This document shows positions 29,801 through 37,987 of a stretch of 64,000 bases of DNA, in pieces (positions within the stretch are counted from its first letter, which is position 1; every line of letters begins with the position of its first letter). The notes beneath the pieces were generated by a model. It did no database searches, had not been told where the DNA came from, and saw only the letters and a program-made list of their open reading frames with translations. Location of the stretch: NCBI GenBank assembly GCA_033580815.1, contig JAVQUC010000002.1, forward strand, positions 4,259 through 68,258, given 5' to 3'. The stretch comes from Candidatus Caldarchaeum sp. GTDB taxonomy: Archaea > Thermoproteota > Nitrososphaeria_A > Caldarchaeales > Caldarchaeaceae. Made by a program: the position numbers and the translations under genes.

Positions 29801-30640
29801 CTCGTTGTTGAAATAGGTAGTTACGTGGTATTGAAGTAGGTCGGAAAGTTCTTCAATTACGGGTGAGGGTGAACCTGCACGAATGTTTTCACGAAGTCTC
29901 TGAGTAACCCTCAGGATGTCGACCAGCTTGTGGGTCAAGTCGTCCTCAGACCTGTACCCCGATTCAAGCGTTATCGAGGGTCTGACGTACACGGGTGGAA
30001 CCGGCAGAACAGTCAAAACCATCCATTCAGGTCTTGAAGAACGGGGGTTCACGTCCATAAGGATAAGGTCATCGTCTGGGATTCTTTCGAGCCTTGCGCG
30101 AACCGTGCTAGGGTTCAGCTTCGTCGTCCCGGCTTCGGACATTTCGACGAAAGTCGTCGGTTTCTCCAGTTCGAGCTTAAGCTGTTTCTCGCCGCAGTGC
30201 GGACACGACTGAGTGTTCATCGCCTTTTGCTTAATCCTGTAGATAAGGTTCTTGTATGGGAGGTTGTTTGCACGGAGTCTCTCAAGCTCTTCATGATGTT
30301 TGCGGCATTCGTCCTCGGAAAGGAGAATTCTTCCACACGACCTACAGGTAGACTTTAGAAGTTCAAAGATTGTCTTGGCAAACCCGACGTGTATCACGGG
30401 TATGGGTAGCTCGATTCTTCCGAAATGACCAGGGCATCCGAGGTAAGTGTTGCCGCATGTTTTACAACGTTGTCCAGGCTCCAGCGTTCCCAGCCGCGGG
30501 TCCATCACACTCGTTGGAATAGGCAACCCGTCCTCGTCATAGGTGTCTGGGCTTACAATCTCAGCCACGCTCATCTTCCTTATGATGTCAGGCGAAAGAA
30601 TTCCGAAGCTGATTCCAGAGACAGAAGCAGCGCTGCTCAT
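26876..30640 (-). CDS. rpoA: DNA-directed RNA polymerase subunit A encoded as a single ORF (A' and A'' fused), about 1254 aa
   Basis: The N-terminus carries the A' Zn-binding [16 protein letters not shown]. The C-terminal third carries A'' hallmarks ([21 protein letters not shown] … [10 protein letters not shown]). The reading frame is continuous with no stop. The likely ATG at 30640 overlaps the rpoB stop and has GGAGG 12 nt upstream. Confidence 0.85.
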   Translation of the reverse strand: [1254 protein letters not shown]

Positions 30641-33600
30641 ATCTCGGGCTCCTCCAAAATGATACGCGGGTGTATGCACATGCTCATCATCTCGTTGAGA
30701 AGCAGGTAGAATGCGTAGGACATAGACACCGCCTTAACCCTAACGTCTTTTCCGTCGACAGGACACACGAACCTTTCTTGCTTAAGGTCGTAATAGCAAG
30801 GCAGACCACATCTTTCGCAGAAATACGCTGTGTACTTATCGCTCTGCTCCAACAGCCTGTCAAGCAGGAGATAAGACGCACCATAAGCTATCAAACAGTC
30901 TCTCTCCATTTCTCCGAATTTGAGCCCACCACCCCTAGACCTTCCTTCGGTCGGCTGTCTAGTCAACATCTGGACCTGTCCACGCGAACGGGCGTGGATT
31001 TTGTCGCGGACGAGGTGGTGAAGCCTCTGGTAGTAAACAACGCCGACGAAAATCTCTGCTTCAAGTGGTTTACCAGTGACTCCGTTATAAAGGATTTCGC
31101 GTCCGTTACTCTTGAACCCAAGTGCTTCGAGCTCAGCCCTTAATTCGTTGAGTGGTTTTCCGAGGAAAGGTGTCCCGTCGACGAGCTCGGCTTTCACGCT
31201 TGCCAGTTTTCCCGCGAGGCTTTCGATAAGCTGGCCGATGGTCATCCGTGATGGGAAGGCGTGTGGGTCGATCAGGAGGTCTGGAACTATTCCGTCCTTG
31301 GTGTAGGGCATGTCTTCGTGGGGTAACAACATGCCGACGACCCCTTTCTGCCCGTGTCTCGAGGAAAATTTGTCTCCTATTTCGGTGAAGCAGGTCGAGC
31401 GGACTTTCGCTTTTACCAGCAGGTTTCCTTCGGCGTTGATTGTGATGAAGATGTTTTCGACGTTGCCGGTTTCAGACGGCTGAACGGCCTCTGAAGAGTC
31501 CCTCCACACCATCTCACGTGTCGGAACACGTTGGTATTCTTCGAGGAAACGCGGCGGGCTCATCATTCCGACTATCACCGTTCCGCCCGAGACATCTGAC
31601 TCTATGTGGGCGAACCCGTCTCTGTCAAGAACTTTGTAGAACTGTTCCCCCCTGAAGCCTCTGACAGAAGGGTCTGGTATACCAAATTTATCCCTTTGTC
31701 CTCCAGGAGTCTGCCGTGCCTCGACTTCGTAAATTCTCCAGCTGAGAGAAAGGCCTAAACCTCTCTCTACTGAAGACCGGTTTAATACAACCGCGTCCTC
31801 CATGTTGTAGCCTTGTCCCGTCAGAATGGCTACAACCATGTTCTGCCCAGACGGTCGGGAGTTTAGGCCGATGATGTCGGCTGTCCGCGTTGTTACTATA
31901 GGTTTCTGCGGGTATACGAGAAGATGACTCCGAGAGTCTGTTCGGATGGCGTAATTGGAAGCGAAAACTCCTAAAGCCTGTTTAGCCATGGCCCCTTCGT
32001 AGACGTTCCGCGGAGACTGGTTATGCTCCGCGTATGGGATAACTGAGGCAGCGACGCCGAGCATGGCGAAGGGCGAGATGTCTAGGTGGGTGTGTTCGGC
32101 AGTGACCTTGTCCGGCGATACCGCGACCAATGCGTTTTCCTCCTCTTCGGCGTCTAGATATTCGATGATTCCAAGGCTTACGAGGTCTCTGAATTTTGAA
32201 GTCTTTTTCCTCACAAGCTCGACGTGTTGCTTCTGAAGTAGGGGCTGACCGTTATGCACAACGACCAAAGGCCTTCTAATTCTTCCCTCGTCGGTGTTTA
32301 TCACAACTTCTTGAACATGCGGGTATGTGTAGAGCGCAACGTTGATGTTTTGACTAATTAACCCTTCTCTTCTCAGCCTACGCAGCTCGTTGACGAGCAT
32401 GACCGCGTTTTGATGATATCCTTCAAGAACTCCGTCAATGAAAACCTTAACATTCCGTGGACTTTTCCTCTTCGTTATCACGTCTGTCAAGGTTATGATG
32501 TCGAGCTGGAACAGCTTCTCGAAGAAATCCTTCTTGTTGGCTTGGAAAGATACCTCGGCCGATAGGGCGAGGTTTTTGACTAGTCCAGCGTTACTCCCTT
32601 CAGGCGTCTCGCATGGACACAGCCTTCCCCAATGTGTTCCATGAAGGTCTCTCGCCTCAAAATGCGGCTGACCTCTGCTGAGAGGAGACTGAACCCTTCG
32701 TAGATGGCTGAGCGTGGCCATGTAATTAGTTCTGTTGAGTAGCTGCGTGACCCCAACTCTGCCGCCAGGCCAGTTACCTGTTGCAAGAGCGTGTCGCACA
32801 AACTCAGAAACAATCCCGTGACGCACGTAGGTAGATATCGAGATGGGCTGCCGAGTCGGTATTATTCTCTCAAGCTGATACCTCAGGTCGCGGAGAAGCT
32901 TCACAAAAGCCATCCGATAAAGCTCTGTCAACAATCCAGATTCGAGTTTCAACCTTTTGTTAGCGTAGTGGTCGCGGTCGTCGGGTTCTCGTATGCCAAG
33001 ACTAGTTTCCAAAACCCTTCCAATCATTTCGCAAAGATGAACAGCCTTCTTGAGCCTAGCTGATTTGCTTGTACCGAGATGCAGGAGGAACATGGTGTCG
33101 ATGATTTGCTCGGCCTTCTCCAGCCTGTATTCCTCAGCATATCCGAAGGCGATCCTGCTACCTATGTAGTCGAGGGCTTGGTCGACAGTTTCAACCCCCT
33201 CCGCCTCGCGGAAACTAGGCTCAAGAAGTTCCTGAACCTCCTTAAGCGGAGAAACAAAATTGGCTATCTCCTGGTCTTTGGTCATTCCGAGGGCTCGCAG
33301 CATTATTATGGCCGGAACACCTTTGTAGATGCGTGAAAAATAGACCTTGATGGGTGAGTCTTTTCGGTAGCTTACCTCAACCCTTATCTGTCTTCCATGT
33401 GCCGCTGAAAGAACAACAGCCGAATACTGTGGCCTTCCATCCCCCTCTTTTTTCGTAACAATAATCCTGTTCGGAGCAAGGTCTTCGACGGCCACGATAA
33501 CTCTTTCGGAACCGTTGATGATGAAGTAGCCACCCGGGTCGTTTGGGTCTTCACCGTGGGCGAGAAGCTCGTCATGAGACATTTTGGAGAGGGGACAGAT

Positions 33601-33990
33601 CTCCGATTTGACCATCACAGGAATGTTCCCAATCCAAACGTTCTCGGGCGGAGCTAGTGGTTTGCCGTCGAGAAAGATGCTCATTTTGACATACAGCGGG
33701 GCTTCGTACGTAAGGTTTCGGAGCCTGGCTTCCCATGGATAAAGTGGTTGTGGGTTCGGAGCGTCAATCTCCCTTTTCGTCGGAATGTCCACAAATACTT
33801 GACCGAATTTAACGACTACTGTTCCGTGCTTGGTCTTGATCTCATATTCGCCGATGGATTTGATGAGCTCCTGTAATCCCTCTTTGACAAAATAGTTGAA
33901 TGATTTTATATGGTGTTGGACGAGTCCTTCGTCTTCGAGGTTCGATTTGAAAACATCCCACAAATCGTCCTTGGTTAACGGAGAAGCCAT
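30637..33990 (-). CDS. rpoB: DNA-directed RNA polymerase subunit B (unsplit, about 1117 aa)
   Basis: Full-length Rpb2 homolog with a C-terminal Zn ribbon (CERCGLPCY…CPVDG). The probable start is MASPLTK (33990) rather than the tracked 34032. Confidence 0.9.
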   Translation of the reverse strand: MASPLTKDDLWDVFKSNLEDEGLVQHHIKSFNYFVKEGLQELIKSIGEYEIKTKHGTVVVKFGQVFVDIPTKREIDAPNPQPLYPWEARLRNLTYEAPLYVKMSIFLDGKPLAPPENVWIGNIPVMVKSEICPLSKMSHDELLAHGEDPNDPGGYFIINGSERVIVAVEDLAPNRIIVTKKEGDGRPQYSAVVLSAAHGRQIRVEVSYRKDSPIKVYFSRIYKGVPAIIMLRALGMTKDQEIANFVSPLKEVQELLEPSFREAEGVETVDQALDYIGSRIAFGYAEEYRLEKAEQIIDTMFLLHLGTSKSARLKKAVHLCEMIGRVLETSLGIREPDDRDHYANKRLKLESGLLTELYRMAFVKLLRDLRYQLERIIPTRQPISISTYVRHGIVSEFVRHALATGNWPGGRVGVTQLLNRTNYMATLSHLRRVQSPLSRGQPHFEARDLHGTHWGRLCPCETPEGSNAGLVKNLALSAEVSFQANKKDFFEKLFQLDIITLTDVITKRKSPRNVKVFIDGVLEGYHQNAVMLVNELRRLRREGLISQNINVALYTYPHVQEVVINTDEGRIRRPLVVVHNGQPLLQKQHVELVRKKTSKFRDLVSLGIIEYLDAEEEENALVAVSPDKVTAEHTHLDISPFAMLGVAASVIPYAEHNQSPRNVYEGAMAKQALGVFASNYAIRTDSRSHLLVYPQKPIVTTRTADIIGLNSRPSGQNMVVAILTGQGYNMEDAVVLNRSSVERGLGLSLSWRIYEVEARQTPGGQRDKFGIPDPSVRGFRGEQFYKVLDRDGFAHIESDVSGGTVIVGMMSPPRFLEEYQRVPTREMVWRDSSEAVQPSETGNVENIFITINAEGNLLVKAKVRSTCFTEIGDKFSSRHGQKGVVGMLLPHEDMPYTKDGIVPDLLIDPHAFPSRMTIGQLIESLAGKLASVKAELVDGTPFLGKPLNELRAELEALGFKSNGREILYNGVTGKPLEAEIFVGVVYYQRLHHLVRDKIHARSRGQVQMLTRQPTEGRSRGGGLKFGEMERDCLIAYGASYLLLDRLLEQSDKYTAYFCERCGLPCYYDLKQERFVCPVDGKDVRVKAVSMSYAFYLLLNEMMSMCIHPRIILEEPEI

Positions 33991-33991
33991 T

Positions 33992-34258
33992 TCACGACTC
34001 GCCCCAGACAACCCGATAGTAAACAGTCTCACCAGCAGTGGGGGACTTCCGCGTGATTTTTATTATGTCGCCAACTTTCGCTTTGAGGCGTTTAACCATC
34101 GGGTCGCTTGGAAGGATGTAGGGTAGCCTGTCACGACTAACCCCAAGACGTCTCAACAACTCCTCAGCTTCGTCACTTGGCAGCACTTCGTGCTTCGGGA
34201 CAAGAACATGCTCCGAGATATCAATCTCGATTTTTTCAACCGCTTTTTCCTTTGCCAT
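33992..34258 (-). CDS. rpoH: RNA polymerase subunit H (Rpb5 homolog), 88 aa
   Basis: The C-terminal block …MVKRLKAKVGDIIKITRKSPTAGETVYYRVV is diagnostic. Start taken at MAKEKAV (internal Met of the tracked ORF). Confidence 0.85.
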   Translation of the reverse strand: MAKEKAVEKIEIDISEHVLVPKHEVLPSDEAEELLRRLGVSRDRLPYILPSDPMVKRLKAKVGDIIKITRKSPTAGETVYYRVVWGES

Positions 34259-34294
34259 AGCTTCCACACCTAAAACGATAACGCTGCTATCAAA

Positions 34295-34302
34295 CTTTAA
34301 AC
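34295..34302 (-). promoter_or_regulatory. TATA-like box (TTTAAAG on the minus strand) about 40 nt upstream of the rpoH start
   Basis: AT-rich element in the intergenic region upstream of the rpoH-rpoB-rpoA operon. Confidence 0.3.
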
Positions 34303-34436
34303 GCTCACTAATAAGTGTTGGCTGCAGCGGACGCAGTTTACGCACTGGCGTAATTTACGCCTTGCTTAATGTTCACTTGCTATAGTTAACGGCCTCATAA
34401 CATCTCATCGAAGACAATCGACGGCATCACGTTAAC

Positions 34437-34448
34437 ATATTTAAATTC
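34437..34448 (+). promoter_or_regulatory. TATA box (ATATTTAAATTC) about 25 nt upstream of tRNA-Lys
   Basis: Canonical archaeal TATA spacing relative to the mature tRNA 5' end. Confidence 0.4.
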
Positions 34449-34469
34449 AAACCAATCTCTTAGAACAGC

Positions 34470-34544
34470 GGGCCCATAGCTCAGCCAGGTCAGAGCGGCC
34501 GGCTCTTAACCGGCAGGTCGCGGGATCAAAGCCCGCTGGGCCCG
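34470..34544 (+). tRNA. tRNA-Lys (anticodon CUU), 75 nt, with no encoded CCA
   Basis: 7-bp acceptor stem GGGCCCA/UGGGCCC, D-arm AGCUCAGCCAGG, anticodon loop CU-CUU-AA, T-arm GGGAUCAAAGCCC. Confidence 0.9.
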
Positions 34545-34601
34545 AAAAATCCGTTTGAAAACTTGAGCGTGGTGTATGTCTGCGCTCCATATGTACGAAG
34601 A

Positions 34602-35345
34602 TCAAAGTCTTTTCACCCCGCGAATGATGTCCGACAATTTGTCCAAGCTCTTCTCGGCGGCCGTACCAGTCACGACGATGTCAGCGCCAGCCTTTGCGAC
34701 GTTTGCGGCGTCGGCGGAAGTTCTTATCCCCCCGCCCACCACCAAAGGTATTTCGATGGATTGTTTGACCGCTTGAATTATTTCTGAGGGAAGAGGGGCC
34801 GGTGCTCCCGACCCTGCCTCGAGGTAGAGAAACCGCATCCCAAGATACTGAGCAGCCAACCCATAACAGATAGCTACTTCACGATGGTTCGGAGAAAGAG
34901 GCAGAACACGGCCCATTGCCGCGACGGTGCTTTCATGCCCGAAAACAACGTAGCCCATCGGAATCGCTTCCAGATTGAATGCTCTAACGGTCAAGGCGCC
35001 TTGAAGCTGCGCCCCCACTATGTAATACCAGTCAACGCTGTTGAGAAGACTCATAAACCAAATCGCGTCGGCGTACTTGGAGATCGACTGAACGTTGTTA
35101 GGAAAAATCAGGACGGGAAGGTTTGTCCTGCTCTTTATAGCCAAGATGTATCTGTCAAGATGTTCTTGAGTATGAAGCGTCGAGCCCCCGACCATTATCG
35201 CGTCAGAGCCGGCTTTCTCAACGTATTCCGATATCTCAGCGGCTTTCTCAAGCGAGACGCTTATTGGGTCGATTAGAGTCATGTGAAGCTTTTCTCCCGA
35301 ACCAATCTTAGACAAAACGTAGTTTTCAACCCTGCCCCGCTTCAA
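34602..35345 (-). CDS. Geranylgeranylglyceryl phosphate synthase (GGGPS, PcrB family), 247 aa
   Basis: TIM-barrel PcrB/GGGPS blocks (LHMTLIDP…, VGGGIRT). First committed step of archaeal ether lipid synthesis. Confidence 0.8.
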   Translation of the reverse strand: MKRGRVENYVLSKIGSGEKLHMTLIDPISVSLEKAAEISEYVEKAGSDAIMVGGSTLHTQEHLDRYILAIKSRTNLPVLIFPNNVQSISKYADAIWFMSLLNSVDWYYIVGAQLQGALTVRAFNLEAIPMGYVVFGHESTVAAMGRVLPLSPNHREVAICYGLAAQYLGMRFLYLEAGSGAPAPLPSEIIQAVKQSIEIPLVVGGGIRTSADAANVAKAGADIVVTGTAAEKSLDKLSDIIRGVKRL

Positions 35346-35583
35346 CGGTTTTTTCTCCCCTCATCACAATATCGTACCACTTTGTGTAGGCGTCGACGTT
35401 GCTGTAGGATGGAAACCATGGAACTTCCGCTGTTGCCTTGCAGTTCCCACAAGCAACAGAGGCCTTATCGCTCCCCCTCTCATGAACAACCGTCACAGCA
35501 ACAGCTCCGCAGAGAGGACATGAGAATACGTTTGGAAAAGGCCTCGGCGTCCTCTTGATTATCTTCCTCCTTTTCCTCCCCAT
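35326..35583 (-). CDS. elf1: Transcription elongation factor Elf1 homolog (Zn-ribbon), 85 aa
   Basis: MGRKRRK basic N-terminus and FSCPLCG…CGNC…VDAYTKWYD match the Elf1 family signature (C4 zinc ribbon, DVYS/WID block). Confidence 0.7.
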   Translation of the reverse strand: MGRKRRKIIKRTPRPFPNVFSCPLCGAVAVTVVHERGSDKASVACGNCKATAEVPWFPSYSNVDAYTKWYDIVMRGEKTVEAGQG

Positions 35584-35629
35584 CGTTAGTTCAAGTAAAA
35601 CTTAACACATACGGTGCATTTAAACTCAA

Positions 35630-36268
35630 TTGAAAATGCCTAAACAGGAAGAGATGGCCAAAAAACGGCCCATAATAGCGGTCGTAACTCGAGACCTTCG
35701 GTTCGCAAAGCGAGTAATCGATGAGGCCCGTAGAAGGGGAATCGATGCGAAACATTTCAACAACTTAGAGGAGGTGTCATTATCGGCGCACGCTATCATA
35801 GCAAAAAAGGGCGAAATCGACAACACAACCGACGAACGAGTAGTCCTATTAAACCAAGACATGACACCGACCGCTATCATAGACAAAGCAATCGAAGTAG
35901 GACTCTGCAAGAGAAATGTAAGAAAAGCGGTTGTCGTGATAGACCCAGGCAAGAAAACCGGCGTTGCTTTTTTCGCGGACGAAATTTTACTGAGATCAGA
36001 GACGTACTATCAAAACGACGTCCTTTCACAAGATTTGGCGGATTTTTTCAAAAATCATGTTGACTGCAAAAAATGCATTTACGTCGGAGAAGGAGCACCT
36101 CAATTCCGCGAGCAACTGATCTCACACCTAACATCAAGAATTCCGAAAATAACCCCCGACATGATAAAGATACTCCCTGAAAAAAATTCTTCTCGGCTGG
36201 CCGGGGGAAAAGACGAAATAGCGGCGACCGTCATTTCGAGAATGCGGAGATCGCGTAAGGTGTTGTGA
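35630..36268 (+). CDS. Hypothetical protein with a YqgF/RuvC-like (RNase H-fold) nuclease domain, 212 aa
   Basis: AVVVIDPGKKTGVAFF resembles the YqgF N-terminal catalytic motif (lGlDlGtktiGvA). A later CIYVGEGAP resembles the ivVGlP motif. The gene is 3 nt upstream of the Clp1-like kinase. Confidence 0.4.
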   Translation: MKMPKQEEMAKKRPIIAVVTRDLRFAKRVIDEARRRGIDAKHFNNLEEVSLSAHAIIAKKGEIDNTTDERVVLLNQDMTPTAIIDKAIEVGLCKRNVRKAVVVIDPGKKTGVAFFADEILLRSETYYQNDVLSQDLADFFKNHVDCKKCIYVGEGAPQFREQLISHLTSRIPKITPDMIKILPEKNSSRLAGGKDEIAATVISRMRRSRKVL

Positions 36269-36271
36269 AAG

Positions 36272-37420
36272 TTGGAGATTTCCGGTGGAAAGACACTTTT
36301 GGTTGACGGGCCTGCAGCCATCAAACTTCTTGAAGGAAGTGTATCAGTTTTCGGATGTAGGCTCAAACCCAGAACGACCTACGTTTTAAGACCTTGGAGA
36401 AGATACCCGATATACGCGCTGCAGGATTCAAAAATCGAAATTAACCCAGGAACGGACTCCAAGGCCACTGTCGTTGAGTCAGGGGACACAACTTGTGAAT
36501 GGAAGCAAGTGGTTGAGAAGATTGAAGACAAAAGAATGTTGGCTGTTTGCGGACCTATCGACAGCGGTAAGACATCGTTCACCACGCTGGCCGCGAACAT
36601 CTTTGCCGAAAAACATGGCCAGTGTGTGGTGGTTAGCTTAGACCCCGGGCAGTCCTATTTTACCCCACCGAGCGTGGTGGGAGCAGCCTATCTGCGTGAG
36701 CCGGTTCACGACCTCGTCATGTTAAAGCCCTTTTTCCAATCACCAGTTGGCTCGACATCCGCCGCCGCATGTGCTGAAGCTTTAGCCGAAGCAGCTGAAG
36801 AAATTTTCAAACAAATTCCGAAGGAATTTCCAGTTGTGGTGGACGTGGACGGATGGGTCGAAGGGCCTCTTGCTGTGTCTCACAAAACCTTGGTTTTGAA
36901 AACCTTGGGGTGCGCTAGCGCCGTGATTTTGGGAGAAAATTTTAACCAGTTAAAGAACGCATTCTCACAAGCTGGAATTCAAGTCGAAGAAGTTAATGTT
37001 TCAGCCTACGTTAAACAAAGAGACCAGCTCGAGCGCAGAAAAACCCGCGAATGGCTTTACAGAAAATTCCTTGGAAAACCAACTCTAAAGATAATTCCAT
37101 CAACATGGGTAATTCTCGAAACAGCGTGTAAGAAAATTGACCCGTTGGCCCTCTTGAAGGAATCGGTAGAGGTGCTTGGAAAGACATCAAGCGAAGCAAC
37201 CGCATCTTCTGAACATGCGACCGCGAGGAAAAAAACAGGCCTTATCTCATACTTCTACGATTCGCAGAATCGTTACCAAGGGATTGGGTTGTTTCTCGGT
37301 TTTAACAGGGAAAAAAACGGTTACAAAATTCTCTCAACAGTCGAGAAGGAGATAGGCAAAATAGTGTTGGGAAGGATTGTGTTGTCGGAGGAAGGTGATG
37401 AAATTCTTCAGTTAAACTAG
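36272..37420 (+). CDS. Clp1/Grc3-family polynucleotide 5'-hydroxyl kinase (382 aa)
   Basis: N-terminal beta-sandwich region followed by the P-loop GPIDSGKTSFTT. The overall length matches archaeal Clp1. Confidence 0.65.
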   Translation: MEISGGKTLLVDGPAAIKLLEGSVSVFGCRLKPRTTYVLRPWRRYPIYALQDSKIEINPGTDSKATVVESGDTTCEWKQVVEKIEDKRMLAVCGPIDSGKTSFTTLAANIFAEKHGQCVVVSLDPGQSYFTPPSVVGAAYLREPVHDLVMLKPFFQSPVGSTSAAACAEALAEAAEEIFKQIPKEFPVVVDVDGWVEGPLAVSHKTLVLKTLGCASAVILGENFNQLKNAFSQAGIQVEEVNVSAYVKQRDQLERRKTREWLYRKFLGKPTLKIIPSTWVILETACKKIDPLALLKESVEVLGKTSSEATASSEHATARKKTGLISYFYDSQNRYQGIGLFLGFNREKNGYKILSTVEKEIGKIVLGRIVLSEEGDEILQLN

Positions 37421-37972
37421 CTTAACTAACCTGACGATTTTTTTCTGGACTAGCGCCTGGGCGTTGGCTGGGTAGATTGTTGCCACATCACCCTCTTTGA
37501 ATGGCCCGTAGCTTCTTAAGTCTTCACCAACGAATTTTGGAAAGTCTCTCAAAAAAACCACTATCTCTAGTTTTTCCTCCTCCTCGGCGAGAAGGGATTT
37601 TGGGTTGCTTAAGCTGTTCTTTATCCTTTCGACATGCTGTAAAAGGGTGCGTTGAATATTGTTGAGGGTTCTTTTTTCGAATGGAAGAGTGTTCTCGATG
37701 GAGTATTGGTTGAAAGCTGCTTCAACAATCTTGCTGAACCGTATCCTCAGTAATGATTCTAGAAGATGTGAAATCATTTCTAGTTCGGCTTTTCTGACGT
37801 AGGTGTTCGGTGATTCTCTTTCACTCAACCTGACTTGACGGCGGATGCTGCCGATGTAACTGCATAATTTCTCGAGAAAATCTTCGGGTATCTGCTGAAG
37901 CTCGCGGTCAAGCCTCTCTCTTTTCCAAAGTTCGAGAAGTCTTTCGTAAACATCCTCCATGTCAGACCTCAT
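37412..37972 (-). CDS. Putative GINS subunit Gins15 (Gins51), 186 aa
   Basis: Alpha-helical N-terminal region plus a small C-terminal beta domain. It lies immediately downstream of priS, as in the Sulfolobus gins15-priS arrangement. Assignment is by context and architecture. Confidence 0.45.
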   Translation of the reverse strand: MRSDMEDVYERLLELWKRERLDRELQQIPEDFLEKLCSYIGSIRRQVRLSERESPNTYVRKAELEMISHLLESLLRIRFSKIVEAAFNQYSIENTLPFEKRTLNNIQRTLLQHVERIKNSLSNPKSLLAEEEEKLEIVVFLRDFPKFVGEDLRSYGPFKEGDVATIYPANAQALVQKKIVRLVKLV

Positions 37973-37987
37973 GTCATACCCTGGGTT

